32,000 nucleotides of DNA from Raphidiopsis brookii D9 (GTDB taxonomy: Bacteria > Cyanobacteriota > Cyanobacteriia > Cyanobacteriales > Nostocaceae): positions 67,800 to 99,799 of the forward strand of contig ACYB01000047.1 in NCBI GenBank assembly GCA_000175855.1. Direction: 5' to 3'. Under the pieces are notes generated by a model. That model searched no databases. It worked only from the letters and a program-made list of their open reading frames with translations, and had not been told where the DNA came from. Position numbers and translations under genes: made by a program. Positions 18,372 to 26,781 of this stretch are shown piece by piece; positions within the stretch are counted from its first letter, which is position 1, and every line of letters starts with the position of its first letter.

Positions 18372-18842
18372 ATGAGTTTAGAACTTACTCCAGACGTAAA
18401 ATTCGGTTTACAATTTTTTCATCCTGCAATCATGTGGATATTGTTAGCGCTGTCATTATATGCAGCTTACTTAGGGTTACAAGTACAGCGTACCAGAAAT
18501 GCCCAAGGAGAAGAGAAGAAACAACTAATTAAGGGTAAATATAGCGATAAACACCACAAAATTGGCTCTGTACTCCTAGCGTTGATGGTAGGGGGCTCCA
18601 TTGGGGGAATGGCGGTTACCTATATTAACAATGGTAAGTTATTTGTTGGACCCCATCTCCTAGCTGGTTTAGGCATGACCGGTTTGATAGCTTTTTCTGC
18701 TGCACTGTCTCCATTTATGCAAAAAGGAGCAAATTGGGCCCGGGCCACACATATTCTATTGAATTTTGGAATTTTGGGACTTTTTATTTGGCAAGCTGTG
18801 TCCGGTGTAGAAATTGTTCTGAAAATTATTAGTCAAGCCTAG
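18372..18842 (+). CDS. DUF4079 domain membrane protein
   Basis: 156 aa multi-TM protein; SDKHHKIGSVLLALMVGGSIGGMAVTYINNGKLFVGPHLLAGLGMTGLIAFSAALSPFMQKG...ARATHILLNFGILGLFIWQAVSG. Confidence 0.8.
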   Translation: MSLELTPDVKFGLQFFHPAIMWILLALSLYAAYLGLQVQRTRNAQGEEKKQLIKGKYSDKHHKIGSVLLALMVGGSIGGMAVTYINNGKLFVGPHLLAGLGMTGLIAFSAALSPFMQKGANWARATHILLNFGILGLFIWQAVSGVEIVLKIISQA

Positions 18843-18907
18843 AATAGTTTTAATGTGTAGGTAGATTACTTAATCTCCTTACACATAGCATAACATCTAA
18901 CCAACTC

Positions 18908-19603
18908 TTAATTTTGCCCATGAAAGTCTTCTTGTACCTTACGAGTTAAGCGCCGAGATACCTGACGGACAACTTGATTTAACAGGCGATCGCCTGTGGA
19001 CTGTACGAGGGAACTTGGTAAGCGTCTGATAAACTTAGGGAATTGCAAATAAACAGTTAAATCTAATTGCCATTCCACTTTGGTAATACCTGGTGTATCT
19101 TCAATGAGTTGCATATAGGCGTTATAGTTAATGTGATAACCGGGAGATTGGTAGTTGGGGATGGGAATGGAGCGGATTTGACATTGATTTTTTCCGGGAA
19201 CTAACAATTCCAGACCTATTTTTGGCTCTACTTCATAACCAAAAGCACCAAACCTACCAATTACCAATGTATAACCATTCTCACCCAGGGGATGAACTAC
19301 CATAGGTTGGGCACAACGTATAAACCATGCTGAATGACAGTTAAAATATTGCATCACCTGTTCACTAGATGCTTGCATTTCCATAAACTCTCGATGATGA
19401 CTATAGAATTTATTAGGAAATGCTTCATAGTTTTCTGTTAGTGCATTCTCAGTAATAAGACGAGATATAGGACTTGACAAAGAAGAATCAAGCTCATGTA
19501 CTCCTAATTCTAAAGACTGAAATTCCCAATTATTTGCTACCATAATTCCATTTTCTCTATAGTCAAAAGTTTTTGTATATTGCGTATCAACCATGGTTTT
19601 CAA
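18908..19603 (-). CDS. DUF1997 domain-containing protein
   Basis: 231 aa; YFNCHSAWFIRCAQPMVVHPLGENGYTLVIGRFGAFGYEVEPKIGLELLVP, VEWQLDLTVYLQFPKFIRRLPSSLVQSTGDRLLNQVVRQVSRRLTRKVQEDFH. Confidence 0.82.
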   Translation of the reverse strand: MKTMVDTQYTKTFDYRENGIMVANNWEFQSLELGVHELDSSLSSPISRLITENALTENYEAFPNKFYSHHREFMEMQASSEQVMQYFNCHSAWFIRCAQPMVVHPLGENGYTLVIGRFGAFGYEVEPKIGLELLVPGKNQCQIRSIPIPNYQSPGYHINYNAYMQLIEDTPGITKVEWQLDLTVYLQFPKFIRRLPSSLVQSTGDRLLNQVVRQVSRRLTRKVQEDFHGQN

Positions 19604-19776
19604 GCTGAGGTAGCTTGCAAAGACAAAAATTCAAATTTCATAAAAATATGGAAAAAAGCATCTACCAAACAGTTGTGCGTATATAAATACTATGTCATTA
19701 TGTCATCCTATCCAGAGATTCCTTAGAATAAATAACGAAACCAACAAACATATTGTTTCCTAGGATAACCTTAATT

Positions 19777-20403
19777 ATGAAAGCATTTGTAGCAGGTGCA
19801 ACAGGTCAAACAGGTCAGCGGATAGTAGAAGAGTTAGTATCCAGAAATATTCCCGTGCGAGCGCTAGTGAGGGACGAGCAAAAAGCTCGAAATCTTCTTC
19901 CTTCCCAGGTTGAATTAATTGTGGGGGATATTTTGCAACCTGAAAGCCTAATTGCTGCTTTAGGTGACAGCACAGTAGTTTTATGTGCAACTGGTGCTAG
20001 ACCGAGTTTTGACCCGACTGGTCCCTATCAGGTAGATTTCCAGGGGACGAAAAATCTAGTCAAAGCAGCTCAAGATAGAAAAATTCAACATTTTGTCCTA
20101 GTTTCTTCTCTATGCGTTTCTCAGTTATTTCATCCCCTCAACCTATTCTGGTTAATTTTAGTTTGGAAAAAACAAGCCGAAGAGTTTATTAGAAAAAGCG
20201 GAATAAGCTATACAATTGTGCGACCTGGAGGATTAAAAAATGATGATAACTCTGATCAAGTTATTATGCAGGGTCCTGATACTTTATTTGAAGGTAGCAT
20301 TTCCAGAAAAAAAGTAGCTCAGGTTTGTGTAGAATCATTGTTTGAAAAAGCCAGGTGGAATCAGATTGTGGAGATAATTGCTAAACCAGTCAGTTCCAGT
20401 TAA
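19777..20403 (+). CDS. NAD(P)H-binding SDR-family protein (atypical SDR)
   Basis: MKAFVAGATGQTGQRIVEELVSRNIPVRALVRD Rossmann motif; ATG at 19777 (the track ORF begins at TTG 19753). Confidence 0.88.
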   Translation: MKAFVAGATGQTGQRIVEELVSRNIPVRALVRDEQKARNLLPSQVELIVGDILQPESLIAALGDSTVVLCATGARPSFDPTGPYQVDFQGTKNLVKAAQDRKIQHFVLVSSLCVSQLFHPLNLFWLILVWKKQAEEFIRKSGISYTIVRPGGLKNDDNSDQVIMQGPDTLFEGSISRKKVAQVCVESLFEKARWNQIVEIIAKPVSSS

Positions 20404-20467
20404 TAATTTTGAACTCTTAACTGTAACAATCTGATAAAATTTATAAGGTCTCTTTGAGCTAGGAGCA

Positions 20468-21493
20468 ATGGGAACGACTGGTGTAAGAATCGCGATTGAC
20501 GCTATGGGGGGGGACTACGCACCCGCCGAAATTGTTGCTGGCGCACTGCGAGCGAAAGAAGAATTGGATATTCACATCTTGCTAGTAGGTGATCCCCAAC
20601 AAATTGAAGCTGTCATACCCCTTAAAAGCAATAGGTTAGGAATAGAAATTGTCCCAGCCCAGGACACAATTGGCATGGACGAAGAACCTTTAAACGCTGT
20701 TCGTAGAAAGCGTGGAGCTTCTGTCAACGTGGCAATGGACTTAGTTAAAAACAATCAAGCCGATGCTATATTCTCTGCTGGCCATTCCGGAGCAGCAATG
20801 GCATCAGCTTTATTACGACTAGGTAGGTTGCCAGGTATTGATCGCCCCGCTATTGGTACAGTATTTCCTACCATAAAAGCAGGTAAACCAGTATTAATAC
20901 TTGATGTTGGTGCTAATGTAGACTGTCGCCCCAAATTTTTAGAACAGTTTGCGGTGATGGGTTCGATTTATAGCCAATATGTGCTGGGAATCAGTGAGCC
21001 AAAAGTGGGGCTATTAAATATCGGTGAAGAGGAAAACAAAGGCAATGAAGCTGCTGTACGTGCTCACGAGTTATTACGGGAAAACACTCAAATTAACTTC
21101 AGTGGGAATGCAGAAGGACGTGATGTATTGTCCGGCGAATTTGATGTGATTGTCTGTGATGGATTTGTAGGTAATGTGTTGTTGAAATTTGCGGAGGCGG
21201 TAGGGGGTGTAATTTTACAAATACTGCGGGAAGAACTACCCCAAGGTATTAGAGGACAAATTGGCACAGCAATTTTAAAACCTAACCTTAAGCGAGTTAA
21301 GCAGCGCATGGACCATGCTGAACATGGGGGAGCTTTACTATTAGGAGTCAATGGAATTTGTTTCATTGGCCATGGTAGTTCCCAAGCACCCTCTATTTTT
21401 AGCGCCATTCGCATGGCTAAAGAAGCTGTAGATAATCAAGTGCTAGAAAGACTACAGTCCAAATACGAAGTTCTACAGGGTGAACCCCAGTAG
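20468..21493 (+). CDS. plsX: Phosphate acyltransferase PlsX
   Basis: RIAIDAMGGDYAPAEIVAGAL, AIFSAGHSGAAMASALLRLGRLPGIDRPAI, LDVGANVDCRP, VGLLNIGEEENKGNE, CDGFVGNVLLKFAEAV. Confidence 0.96.
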   Translation: MGTTGVRIAIDAMGGDYAPAEIVAGALRAKEELDIHILLVGDPQQIEAVIPLKSNRLGIEIVPAQDTIGMDEEPLNAVRRKRGASVNVAMDLVKNNQADAIFSAGHSGAAMASALLRLGRLPGIDRPAIGTVFPTIKAGKPVLILDVGANVDCRPKFLEQFAVMGSIYSQYVLGISEPKVGLLNIGEEENKGNEAAVRAHELLRENTQINFSGNAEGRDVLSGEFDVIVCDGFVGNVLLKFAEAVGGVILQILREELPQGIRGQIGTAILKPNLKRVKQRMDHAEHGGALLLGVNGICFIGHGSSQAPSIFSAIRMAKEAVDNQVLERLQSKYEVLQGEPQ

Positions 21494-21542
21494 GAATTCT
21501 GGATGAATTTGAGGTTGTTAAGCCTATCCGCATAGCTTTCTA

Positions 21543-21571
21543 GAAGCGGTTAGCTCAATTCTAACTGCTTC
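21543..21571 (+). promoter_or_regulatory. 11-bp stem-loop in the plsX-fabH intergenic region
   Basis: GAAGCGGTTAG-CTCAATT-CTAACTGCTTC (one G-U pair); no T-tract follows. Confidence 0.45.
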
Positions 21572-21681
21572 CTGATGTTCTTGCAGAAAATCTCCACCTC
21601 TAACAAATTCGCTCAACCCAAATGACGGTGGTTTCGTCAGTCAACTAACTGACCGTGAATAAATGACAACGGAGATTAGGA

Positions 21682-22683
21682 GTGCAAAATTTATTCCTAC
21701 AAGGTATGGCAATTACGGGTAGTGGGTCAGCCATAGCAAAAACTACCCTAGATAACCAGTTGCTTACTCAACTGGTAGAAACTTCCGATGATTGGATTAC
21801 CACAAGAACAGGTATTTGTCAACGGCAGTTGGCACTACCTCCAGAATCATTAACTACTTTAGCTACGGATGCTAGTCAACAGGCAATAGCAGCGGCTGGG
21901 ATTAAACCAGAAGATATAGATTTAATCCTGTTGGCAACCTCCACTCCAGATGATTTATTTGGCAGTGCTTGTCAAGTACAGGCTGAAATAGGTGCCGTTA
22001 AAGCTGTGGCCTTTGATTTAACCGCAGCTTGTTCTGGATTTGTCTTTGGACTAGTGACTGCGGCCCAATACATAAGAACAGGAGTCTATCAAAATGTACT
22101 TTTAATAGGTGCAGATGTCCTCTCTCGTTGGGTAGACTGGCAAGATCGTCGCACTTGTATCTTGTTTGGTGATGGAGCAGGAGCAGTGGTACTGCAAGCT
22201 CACAAGAGCGATCGCTTATTAGGATTTGCCCTCAAAAGTGATGGTACACAAAACCACTATCTCAATTTGAGTTACCAAGGTAAGACCCAAGAGATCAAAC
22301 CAAATATTCATACTCCTATAGGTAGTTATGAACCCATCACAATGAATGGTAAAGAGGTTTATCGTTTTGCTGTGCAAAAAGTGCCAGAGGTGATAGACAA
22401 AGCCCTATTTAGTGCTAATTTGACCGTAGAGAGAATAGATTGGTTGATTTTGCACCAAGCCAACGAGCGGATTATCAACGCTGTTGCGCAAAGACTTAAC
22501 ATACCTGATCACAAAGTAATTAGCAACGTTGCTAATTATGGCAATACCTCTGCTGCTTCTATTCCCCTAGCGTTAGACGAAGCAGTGCGCCAGGGAAAAA
22601 TCCAATCCAATGATATAATTGTCACATCCGGTTTCGGAGCAGGGTTGAGTTGGGGTGCAGCAATTTTCCAATGGGGTAAATAA
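21682..22683 (+). CDS. fabH: Beta-ketoacyl-ACP synthase III FabH
   Basis: TSDDWITTRTGICQRQLA, DLTAACSGFVFGLVTA, LHQANERIINAVAQRL, VANYGNTSAASIPLAL. Confidence 0.96.
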   Translation: MQNLFLQGMAITGSGSAIAKTTLDNQLLTQLVETSDDWITTRTGICQRQLALPPESLTTLATDASQQAIAAAGIKPEDIDLILLATSTPDDLFGSACQVQAEIGAVKAVAFDLTAACSGFVFGLVTAAQYIRTGVYQNVLLIGADVLSRWVDWQDRRTCILFGDGAGAVVLQAHKSDRLLGFALKSDGTQNHYLNLSYQGKTQEIKPNIHTPIGSYEPITMNGKEVYRFAVQKVPEVIDKALFSANLTVERIDWLILHQANERIINAVAQRLNIPDHKVISNVANYGNTSAASIPLALDEAVRQGKIQSNDIIVTSGFGAGLSWGAAIFQWGK

Positions 22684-22699
22684 TTAATCATCCACTCTA

Positions 22700-23605
22700 A
22701 TGACCAAATTATCAGCAACCAAATATCAAATGACTAAAACTGCATGGGTATTTCCTGGACAAGGTTCTCAGTCCTTAAATATGGGAATAGATCTACTAAA
22801 TATAGAATCTGCCAAAGCCAAATTCGACCAGGCCAGAAACATTTTGGGTTGGTCCGTAGATGAAATCTGTCAGGGTGACGAGGTGAAATTATCACAAACA
22901 GTTTACACTCAACCCTGTTTGTATGTAGTTGAAAGTATCATGGCAGACCTGTTGCGAGCAAGAGGGCAAAAACCAGACTTAGTTGCTGGTCATAGTTTGG
23001 GAGAATATATCGCCCTGTATGTAGCTGGTGTGTTTGATTGGTCAACGGGATTGCAACTGGTCAAACGACGGGGGGAAATTATGGATAATGCAGCTGGAGG
23101 AATGATGGCAGCATTACTCAATTTTGACAGACAGCAATTAGAAGAAGTGATTGCTAAAACCCCCAATATTGTTTTAGCAAATGACAACAGTCCAGCACAG
23201 GCTGTAGTTTCAGGTACACCAACAGCAGTAGAAGCTGTAATGTCTCAGGTAAAAGCAAAACGAGCAGTTGCCCTAAAAGTTTCTGGTGCATTTCATTCCC
23301 CATTAATGAAGAATGCATCCCAGGAATTTCAAGCATTATTAGATGATATAGCTTTTGACACAGCAATAATTCCCGTATCTTCTAACGTTGACCCAATTCC
23401 CAGCACCAATCCCCAGGTTTTGAAGGAACGTTTAATTCAACAGATGACAGGTTCAGTAAGGTGGCGAGAAATTTCCTTACAATTAGCAGAATCTGGGATT
23501 GGGAAAGTCATAGAAATAGGTCCGGGTAATGTATTAACCGGGTTAATCAAACGTACTGTTGAGGGTATAGAACTGAAAAACATCCGGAATCTTGAAGAAA
23601 TTTGA
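22700..23605 (+). CDS. fabD: Malonyl-CoA:ACP acyltransferase FabD
   Basis: WVFPGQGSQSLNMG, VAGHSLGEYIALYVAGVFDW, VSGAFHSPLMKNA, VIEIGPGNVLTGL. Confidence 0.96.
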   Translation: MTKLSATKYQMTKTAWVFPGQGSQSLNMGIDLLNIESAKAKFDQARNILGWSVDEICQGDEVKLSQTVYTQPCLYVVESIMADLLRARGQKPDLVAGHSLGEYIALYVAGVFDWSTGLQLVKRRGEIMDNAAGGMMAALLNFDRQQLEEVIAKTPNIVLANDNSPAQAVVSGTPTAVEAVMSQVKAKRAVALKVSGAFHSPLMKNASQEFQALLDDIAFDTAIIPVSSNVDPIPSTNPQVLKERLIQQMTGSVRWREISLQLAESGIGKVIEIGPGNVLTGLIKRTVEGIELKNIRNLEEI

Positions 23606-23655
23606 CCAACCACAGGAATAGGATTCAAGCTTTCATGTCTGTCCATCAAGTAGCC

Positions 23656-24462
23656 CTAATTACAAATAAAAACGGGAGGTAAATTAGCACCTGTCAAATT
23701 AGCACCTGTCAAATTAGCACCTGTCAAATTAGCACACCTAAGATTCGCTCCTTGAAGATTGGCACCAGCTAAATTAGCATCTTTTAGATTAGCACCTGTT
23801 AGGTCAGCATTAGTTAAATTAGCTTCCATGAAATTGGCGCGACACAAATAGGAACTTCCTAGATGGGATCTCCTTAAATTTGCTCTAGCCAAATTTGTGT
23901 CATATAAGTAACAATTGATAATTTCAGCCTCATACAAATTACAGTCTTGTAAATTACTACCAATTAAATTTGCTCCGATTAAATTGGCAAAACTCAGATT
24001 ACTGCGTACAAGGTTACTATAAGCTAAATCAACACCGTTTAAATTAGCACAGTGAAAGTCAGTTCCAATTAAGTTAGCACTGGTAACTACTGCATCCTGG
24101 AGGTTTGAATGCTTTAGATCTGCTCCAATCAGGACTGCTTCATCTAAATTCGCACGCATTAAATTGGCATTCTGCAGGTTAGCAACACTTAAATTAGCTT
24201 TTCTAAGATTTGCCTGAACTAATTTAGCGCTATTTAGATTAGCAGCACTTAAATTGGCATCTTGAAAATCTGCTCTTACCAGCAAAGCATGACTAAAGTC
24301 CACCTGATTTAAATTGACATTTTGGAAATTGGCACCACGAAAATTCTCCCCCCTTAAATTACATGTACTTAAATCAACTTGAATTTCTGGGTTTCGCGCT
24401 CTCCAATCTAACCAGGTAACAGCACCTGCTTTGAGTAGGGTAAGATGTGTTTCAATTGCCAT
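23656..24462 (-). CDS. Pentapeptide-repeat protein
   Basis: Many A(D/N)LxX repeats; likely ATG at 24462 (MAIETHLTLLKAGAVTWLDWRARNP). The track ORF is extended to TTG 24525, into the ccmP 3' end. Confidence 0.92.
   Translation of the reverse strand: MAIETHLTLLKAGAVTWLDWRARNPEIQVDLSTCNLRGENFRGANFQNVNLNQVDFSHALLVRADFQDANLSAANLNSAKLVQANLRKANLSVANLQNANLMRANLDEAVLIGADLKHSNLQDAVVTSANLIGTDFHCANLNGVDLAYSNLVRSNLSFANLIGANLIGSNLQDCNLYEAEIINCYLYDTNLARANLRRSHLGSSYLCRANFMEANLTNADLTGANLKDANLAGANLQGANLRCANLTGANLTGANLTGANLPPVFICN
23681..23735. repeat. 15-bp tandem repeat AAATTAGCACCTGTC, 3 exact copies plus 10 bp
   Basis: Exact copies at 23681, 23696 and 23711, coding for repeated ANLTG at the pentapeptide protein C-terminus. 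Confidence 0.95.
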
Positions 24463-24478
24463 TTTAGTTATCCTGTCA

Positions 24479-25117
24479 CTATTCTTTACGATGGACTTGG
24501 GGAGCACGACCGGGAACATTTTCAATAGCTGCTAAAGCTCCAGCAGCACCAGCTAAAATATCTCGTTCTGTTCCCCCTAGATAAAGTCTGCCAAAACTAC
24601 CCACTGGTAAAACTTCTAGAATATTAATCGCAGCAGCTTTTTCTGCTTCATTAGCAGCTAATGCTGCATAAGCAGCAGGTTCAACTTCCAAAACGTAGAG
24701 GGTTTGTCCAGCTAATAACAGTTGTCCACGACGACTACGGTTGATCAGCTGGGTTTGATAAGCATCAATGTTGCGAATAATTTGACTGGAAATGACTCGC
24801 GGTTTGAGACAGTCCTCTTTTTTGACCCCCAATAAGTCCAAAACTGCTTGTCCTGCTGCTCTTGTTTCCCCCTGGGATCCAGAATGTAGTTCCAACATTC
24901 CATATAGTCTTTCTACTATTTGCCACCCTGGACGCACGGAAGCAGATTTTAAGGCAACATCAGTAATTTTATTGATTTCAATACCGGGTGAAATTTCAAT
25001 CCAGATGGAAGTGTCACCCGGTAGAGGTAAAAAACCTTGGGCCACTGTTCCCATATATGCCGCATGTTGCGGTTGTAAGTTATCTAGAAATACGTAACTG
25101 CGTAATTCTATGCCCAA
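24479..25117 (-). CDS. ccmP: CcmP-like tandem BMC-domain carboxysome shell protein
   Basis: 212 aa; [57 protein letters not shown]...[54 protein letters not shown]. Repeated half-structure as in tandem BMC proteins. Confidence 0.82.
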   Translation of the reverse strand: MGIELRSYVFLDNLQPQHAAYMGTVAQGFLPLPGDTSIWIEISPGIEINKITDVALKSASVRPGWQIVERLYGMLELHSGSQGETRAAGQAVLDLLGVKKEDCLKPRVISSQIIRNIDAYQTQLINRSRRGQLLLAGQTLYVLEVEPAAYAALAANEAEKAAAINILEVLPVGSFGRLYLGGTERDILAGAAGALAAIENVPGRAPQVHRKE

Positions 25118-25607
25118 AGTTTTGCACCTCCGTCTGTTCGTGTCAACAGTTTACCAAAATATCTTCTCAGAAAAACGCGCATTTTGGCACAACTATAACA
25201 AAGAAATGTCTGACACTGGTAGTATGGGTTTAGGGGTAGTTTGATGAGTCAGATTGAGAATGACAACTAGATAAAGTAGAAAAGTAATGAAAACTGCCTG
25301 TATGAGTCTTTGTAGCATAACACTCCTCCCACTTGATAAATAGCATTTTTAATCTGATTAATTGAACCACTAATCTGAATACAGCTTTAATTAGGATTTA
25401 TCCGAAGACATGTTATGATATCTAGGTCTGCTGCTATATAAAACCTAGACCAAAAGTACCATTATAAAGTTCCCGATACTTTTTTGCTAACTTGGGCAAC
25501 TTGGGCAACTAGTTAATTTCCCTTAAAATAGTAAGATTAGGCTATCAATCCAGTCCATTCTCTCAAACCTCTGATAAAATAAAGGGTAAATAGCTACAAA
25601 TAACCTC

Positions 25608-26213
25608 ATGATTCCTATCGTTATTGAACAATCGGGTCGGGGCGAACGCGCCTTTGATATCTATTCGCGTCTGCTGCGCGAGCGGATCGTTTTTCTGGGG
25701 CAACAGGTAGATAGCAGTTTAGCTAATCTAATAGTGGCCCAACTGCTGTTTTTGGACTCTGAAGACCCGGAAAAGGATATTTATATGTATATCAACTCTC
25801 CCGGTGGTTCAGTAACAGCAGGAATGGGGATTTTTGATACCATGAAAAACATCCGCCCTGATGTATGTACTATTTGTACAGGACTGGCTGCTAGTATGGG
25901 GGCCTTTTTGTTGAGTGCAGGTACTAAAGGTAAGCGCATGAGTTTACCTCACTCCCGCATCATGATTCATCAACCATTGGGCGGTGCTCAGGGACAAGCT
26001 ACAGATATAGAAATTCAAGCTCGAGAAATTCTATATCACAAACGCAAGCTAAACGAATATTTGGCTGAACATACTGGTCAGCCATTTGACCGAATAGCCG
26101 AAGATACGGAGAGGGATTTTTTCATGTCTCCCCAAGAGTCCAGGGAATATGGACTTATTGACCAAGTAATTGACCGACATGCAGCTGGTAGTCGCCCCCT
26201 GGCCTTAGCATAA
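25608..26213 (+). CDS. clpP: ATP-dependent Clp protease proteolytic subunit ClpP
   Basis: [32 protein letters not shown] (Ser), [19 protein letters not shown] (His), [15 protein letters not shown]. Confidence 0.96.
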   Translation: MIPIVIEQSGRGERAFDIYSRLLRERIVFLGQQVDSSLANLIVAQLLFLDSEDPEKDIYMYINSPGGSVTAGMGIFDTMKNIRPDVCTICTGLAASMGAFLLSAGTKGKRMSLPHSRIMIHQPLGGAQGQATDIEIQAREILYHKRKLNEYLAEHTGQPFDRIAEDTERDFFMSPQESREYGLIDQVIDRHAAGSRPLALA

Positions 26214-26618
26214 ACTGTAGAATCTCAATCATGGAAATTTAGCTCCGATTACCAGTGATACCTTTAATAGTGCTATTAATAATGCTATGGTGATTACCTC
26301 AAATAAAATGTCTAGGAGTGTTTTCTGCGAGTGTGCTCTAAATCTACAATAATGAAGATAGGGTTCGCTCTCATTGCTCATTCAGTTGCTAACCTGATTG
26401 TAACCAATTTTACCAATAATTGGGTAAATCGGCGGTTTATCTTGGTTAAAAATCAGACTCACATCGACTAGAATCCCCTGAGTCTCAACAGTTAAAAACC
26501 CTCCCCTTGCTGGTTAGTTGTTTACCTATCAGGTCTTGGTGTAACTAATTATGAGAAGTGTTAAAAAATTGCTGAGATGAGAAGGGTTGTAGTCTGGTAA
26601 AATCTGGAATTGTGGTAC

Positions 26619-26656
26619 GGGGGTTTACCCAGAGCCTGTCTCTGAGGAAAACCTCC
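26619..26656. promoter_or_regulatory. Strong imperfect hairpin, candidate 5' UTR element or ncRNA part, upstream of the RNB gene
   Basis: GGGGGTTT-a-CC-CAGAG-cctgt-CTCTG-a-GG-a-AAACCTCC: 8+2+5 bp with one A.A mismatch, one bulged A and one G.U pair. Confidence 0.4.
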
Positions 26657-26781
26657 ATGTCATTTGTTTACGAGAGTCTAAGGGAACGGGTAAATCGTTG
26701 GCAATAGTAGACTATGAGGATATACAGGTAAGAACCAGATAACAAGAAAAATGATGTTTTGACCAAAGGCCAGTTCACTGC

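Noticed and set aside
23681-23735. Short-period tandem repeat considered as a CRISPR-like array
   Set aside because: No spacers; the 15-bp unit codes for in-frame pentapeptide repeats.
24792-25233. Plus-strand ORFs antisense to the ccmP-like gene (24792..25097, 24988..25233)
   Set aside because: They are antisense shadows of a convincing BMC protein.
25490-25512. AACTTGGGCAACTTGGGCAACT, an 11-bp tandem repeat upstream of clpP
   Set aside because: Only two copies and not linked to any clear promoter element; treated as minor slippage.
26213-26781. Search of the clpP-RNB gap for 6S RNA, Yfr1 (ACTCCTCACAC) or a tRNA
   Set aside because: No matching core motif or cloverleaf seen by eye; only the hairpin at 26619-26656 is reported.
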